DNA of 64,000 nt from Leidyana gryllorum EB-2025a (Eukaryota; Protista; Apicomplexa), in the NCBI GenBank assembly GCA_048772705.1, contig JBLWGC010000085.1, positions 6,462-70,461 of the forward strand, read 5' to 3'. The notes under the pieces were generated by a model. It saw nothing but the letters and a program-made list of their open reading frames with translations. It was not told where the DNA came from and searched no databases. Each line of letters begins with the position of its first letter. Within the stretch, counting starts at the first letter, position 1. Below are positions 59,970-64,000 of the stretch, in pieces. Both the position numbers and the translations under genes were made by a program.

Positions 59970-60562
59970 AAGTTATCAACTGGCTTCTAATCTATGTACA
60001 CAAGACTAATGGATGTCGGCGACATAAAATTCCGTTCGCGGTTGCCTAACTGCGCCTCACCGCTCACTCTGCACTCATGGGGTACGGACTCGATTACGAT
60101 GGAGTGATTGGGGGGAGCTATGGGTCTTCCCGAGTTGTAATACAATCCCTGGAGGAAGGCTAAGTGATGTCTCGAGTTCCTTTCCTGCCCTGCAGTCGTG
60201 GACTTAGCAACTCGACGCTGACATCTGCTCGTCGGGAAAAGAGCCCTGACTGAAATCAGACAATATCTGACTACACCAGATTCCTTGCGGCAGTCACTTT
60301 GGAGATGTTTAATGAAAGTTTGAACTCCGGGTTACATCATTTGTTGAGGGCAAAATCTGAGCGTTGGAGGGCACTCTCTCACAGGCTCAAGAAGCGTTGA
60401 AAAGTGTATTAGAGGTCTCAAGGCGACTTATAGATTTCTACGTGAGGCTGAGAAGCATCTGATTGACCCCGGCTCAGCTTGCGGGAAGCTCTTTTGTGTT
60501 GGATCTGCCCGACAGTAATGTTGGCAGATTGCAGTGAACAATTCTGCGCCCAAGCCTTTTGA

Positions 60563-62421
60563 CTAGGGAAAGGCTCTCGAGTACGCCGATGCAGCTGCCG
60601 AGGCCACCAATGCTACTGCGGAGGACGCCGCTGTAGCTGCGGAGTAGGCTGCTCAAACGTCGGTGGTGGGTGCTGAAACGACGTCGGTGGTGGGTGCTGA
60701 AACGCGGCAGGGACGGGTATGCTGCATAGAGGTTGCAGGAAGCTGGCAGGGCGACCCTCGGGTAGCAGGTAAGAACTGTTCCTTACACAAGAGGATAGCC
60801 ATCGGATCGAGGTCGCGCAGGTTTTTCGCAACACCCACTTTTTGTCGGCGTTCGAACAGATGGTTAAAAGAAGGTCCCATCTTAGGAGGCCAGAGTACCT
60901 TGTACCAAGTCGCGCTGCAACTCCCGGCGAGGTTGACCATGGCATCGCAGCCTGCGGGGTGCGTGTTGCTCACCGCTGCCCATGCAACGTCGGTGGCGAA
61001 TCCTGCCCGAGCTTGCACCTCCCCGAGGAGGTTCTGGTAAATGCGGGAATCACTGTCGACTTCTCCGCTTGGAGCCACACAGATTGCAATGGTTGTGGGC
61101 CGTACCTCACCATTAGGGCCTGTTTCCCAACTATCATTATCCGTTTCAGTACCCAGGTGTAATTGTCGACCTCTGCCATGTATTGGGCCAACTTGACCAC
61201 CTGGTCTTTTGTGAGGGGCTCGTCGGCTGCTTTAGTAATCAAAGCGGCCTGCAATCCGCTGTTTCGAGTGCACAGAGCAGGGTCACACATTCTCTGAACA
61301 GTGACAAACCGGTCCTCGGGATCTAACCCATCCAAAGCCTCCATTACGCTATTTATGATACCTTCCGAAGGCATCCTGTCCGCGCTGGAGAACCATTCTG
61401 CTGTCACGTTACCCTTGACGACGGTCTCATGGTGTTCATAAAGTGATCATCTCTTCCCACAGTATTCCCACACATTGTTTCACCTTAAAGTCAGGGATGG
61501 GACAGATATTTTCTGGCTTCATGGATTCCTCGTGCGTTTCCCTCCTTTTGCGGTTCCCTCCGCCGCCGTCTCTCCCGGTTCCTTCGCGAACACAAACATG
61601 TATGGCGGTTGCCATTGCACTCACTGTCTTAGCAGACGGCCAGACCGCTCTTCAGCCCAGGGTTTGGCCGCGGTGTCTACCCCCGCGCCCGTGTGATCCC
61701 CTACAGAGCGCTTGTTGCGCGTATTGGCGCCTCCCAAGGTGCCGTTTTTCGGGTCCGACATCTCTTCAGCGGGCAGCTGGGACGCCGTCTCGCCTCCCGC
61801 GCCTCTGCCATTTGCAGCGGATCGCTCATTCAACATCGCGTTCGACTCTTTGTGGTTCGCATTCTGCGTCCCATTCTGCGGTATCTTTCACGTTGCTGCC
61901 CAACGTTCCACTCACCCGTGCCGGCGTCTCCAGCTGTATTGGGGCCGCAATTTGCGCCCCATTCGTACGTGTCGAGTTGGTTCGGTTCGTCTGTGGGCGT
62001 TGGAGCTGCGACTCGGTGGTTCACTCACGTTTACCGGGTTTGCAACCTGTGTTTGAGAAGCTCTGTTTGGAAGCTTCGGACGACTGGGGAGACGAGTGTT
62101 GGCTGGTGTAGTCGAATTCCCCCTAAGCTTATTCTCTGCTCTCCTTGCGTCGTCCCGCAATATCACCCGCGTGAGCTGATGCTGCGTCCTCTTCTTAAGC
62201 CCCGGAGGGGCGACCTGATATTTACTCGTCGGATGCTTCAGACGAGCGGAAAGTGCGTACCCCCCACCGCCACCATTGTGGGTGACATGGTACCCCGGAA
62301 GGGTCGCAGGTCCCATGGCCACTGTTGTGAAATTACCGGCAGCCACCAAAGTCGTCAACAACGCGTCATCAAATTCGTTGCGTTGACCATTCTGTGGGAG
62401 CGAACGTACGCTCACAGTCAT
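60563..62421 (-). pseudogene. Superfamily C (DDALLTTLVAAGNF type), frameshifted
   Basis: MTVSVRS..DDALLTTLVAAGNF leader. Frameshifts in exon 1 and near 61080, and the splice acceptor at ~61437 is lost. Tail AASAYSRAFP* (TAG 60563-60565). Confidence 0.75.
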
Positions 62422-62981
62422 CGCTCAACACAAAGGTCGACAAAGACATTCAAATACTTTTGAGACAGTCGAGATCGTCTACCCAGGCCATAGTGTCACT
62501 CACAGAACATCCGACCTTTCGGTCAAATGACACTGAGAACAGTTTTGTCTAAATTGGGGAGACGCAGGGTGGGGTTGGATAAAGCCAACGAAAGCGAGAC
62601 TAATCGCGAGTACTCTCGTTCATCAGCTTGTAGACTGAGGAAGTGAGTGACATTTTCTCATTTGCGGGAAATGTCACGGATGCAACCAGGAGACATCTGT
62701 CAACTGGCATGAATCACTCGATCACTGACACTGTAAGAGTTTGTGACCAGACCGAGAATTCCAAACTCAGAAGAAACATCATGGAGTTGAAGTAAAATCT
62801 AAGGGGTGCAGAGCACCCACAGAAGGCGGTATGCTGATTAGTGGCCTCTCGTGGAACGCGCAACCATATGCCATTGTTCGCGACCGGCTCGAATGCGGCC
62901 TTTGCTTGCAGAAGGCTGTTTCGATCGCGAGTGTTGGAATGACATCTTCATTCTCGAAGCGCGCTCAACCCTCCTCGGCAC

Positions 62982-64000
62982 CTAAGAACGAGCACCGGAG
63001 ACCGCCGACGCAGCTGAGGGGAGGGTCGCTTCTGCAGTGCCATCGCACTGGGCAAAAGCCACCGCCACCTCCAGGTTGCGCATGGCATCAACGAAGGTTG
63101 GATCGGGGTAGTGTGCGTAGAAAGCGTCAAGACCACCTGGCTGCCCCATTGAAGGCCAAATTACCTCCGTCCAAGGCTTTTTGACGCAGTTTCGAGTGAT
63201 GTACAACTGGTCGGAATCCTTCAGATTCTTCCTGTGCTCTTTCCACTGTTTTGTGACGTCGGTGTCGAAACCCGCCCGGAATTGTGCCTCACGGAGGAGG
63301 TTTGCGTGGGGCGGCACATCCGAGCCCCGTCCGTTCGAACCAACGAGGAACTCAATTTTTGCGGGGGACACTTTGCTGCCGGGGCGTACAACCCAACTCT
63401 CCTCGTTCGCCTTCGGTTCCCAGGTGTACGCGTCGACCTGTGCCATATCTCTGGCCAGCTGCAGCAGCTGTTCCTCTGTTAGTGCGGTCTTGGTGGCTTT
63501 GTGAATGAAAGCACATTTGATTGCGTCGGCTTGAAGAGAAACCTTAGGGCTACCAGTTGCGACACAACCCCCGGCCGTATATGATTATTCGGCAAGTCAG
63601 CGAGCGCCTCCACGATGACCGAGGTTATTCCTTCCGAAGGCAAGCTATTCGCTCTCGAGTAAAACTCGGTCGTCGCGCTACGAGATGTGACGGACCTGAA
63701 CTTTGTGTACTGCAGAAAGTAAAGTTCGCAGTCCAACTCATTCTGGCATATCGTCTCACCTCGGGTCCAGGACAGTAGAAGTTATTGCTCTCGAAGGTTG
63801 AAGTCTTTGATCGGGTCCGAGACGTCTTCTTTCCGAAGCTGGCCTTCTCCTGCTTTGCGTGCCAATTCATAGTTGCGAAGCTGCAACTGAAACACTTACT
63901 GCCTCAACGGGAGGATTGGCTTCCGACCGTTCTTCCGCGCTCTTTTGACCTGCAGTAGAGCGCTGGTTGCGGGTGTTGCCACCTTTCGAAGTGCTCTGCG
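62982..64000 (-). pseudogene. Superfamily C member, 5' part outside the window; one frameshift near 63552 (possibly an assembly error)
   Basis: Conserved intron gtgaga...ctgcag before YTKF..TTEFYS..LPSEG. Core AFIHKA...LTEEQ..LA..MAQVDAYTW. Tail AASAVSGARS*. Confidence 0.65.

Overview
Eukaryotic DNA, most likely from an apicomplexan. The Rpn11 N-terminus [11 protein letters not shown]...PLADTAEQV resembles the apicomplexan form; gregarine-like is only a guess. Many short GT-AG introns (about 37-61 nt) explain most of the frame jumps in the ORF track. Positions 1-8.2 kb are a very compact block: a GDA1/CD39 NTPDase, RPN11, condensin II CAP-D3, and an intronless bacterial-type DUF4432/aldose-epimerase protein. 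The rest is an accessory region of lineage-specific tandem gene families. Family A lies at 8.4-17.2 kb and family B at 21.7-28.3 kb. A minus-strand superfamily C at 30-64 kb shares an N-terminal leader and a core domain, and one subgroup shares an Ala/Ser-rich C-terminal tail. Many copies are pseudogenised. Among them sit spliceosomal RNA genes that the ORF track cannot show: one U1 snRNA (19.3 kb) and three diverged U2 snRNA genes (39.7, 42.5, 57.5 kb). The U2 genes keep the U2 fold with compensatory changes and share an upstream element at fixed spacing, but all lack the canonical GUAGUA branch-site recognition sequence. Non-coding repeats include a 333-bp TG...CA dispersed element with an inverted arm and a nested fold-back region at 45.3-46.7 kb. 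All alignments, folds and splice models were made by eye.
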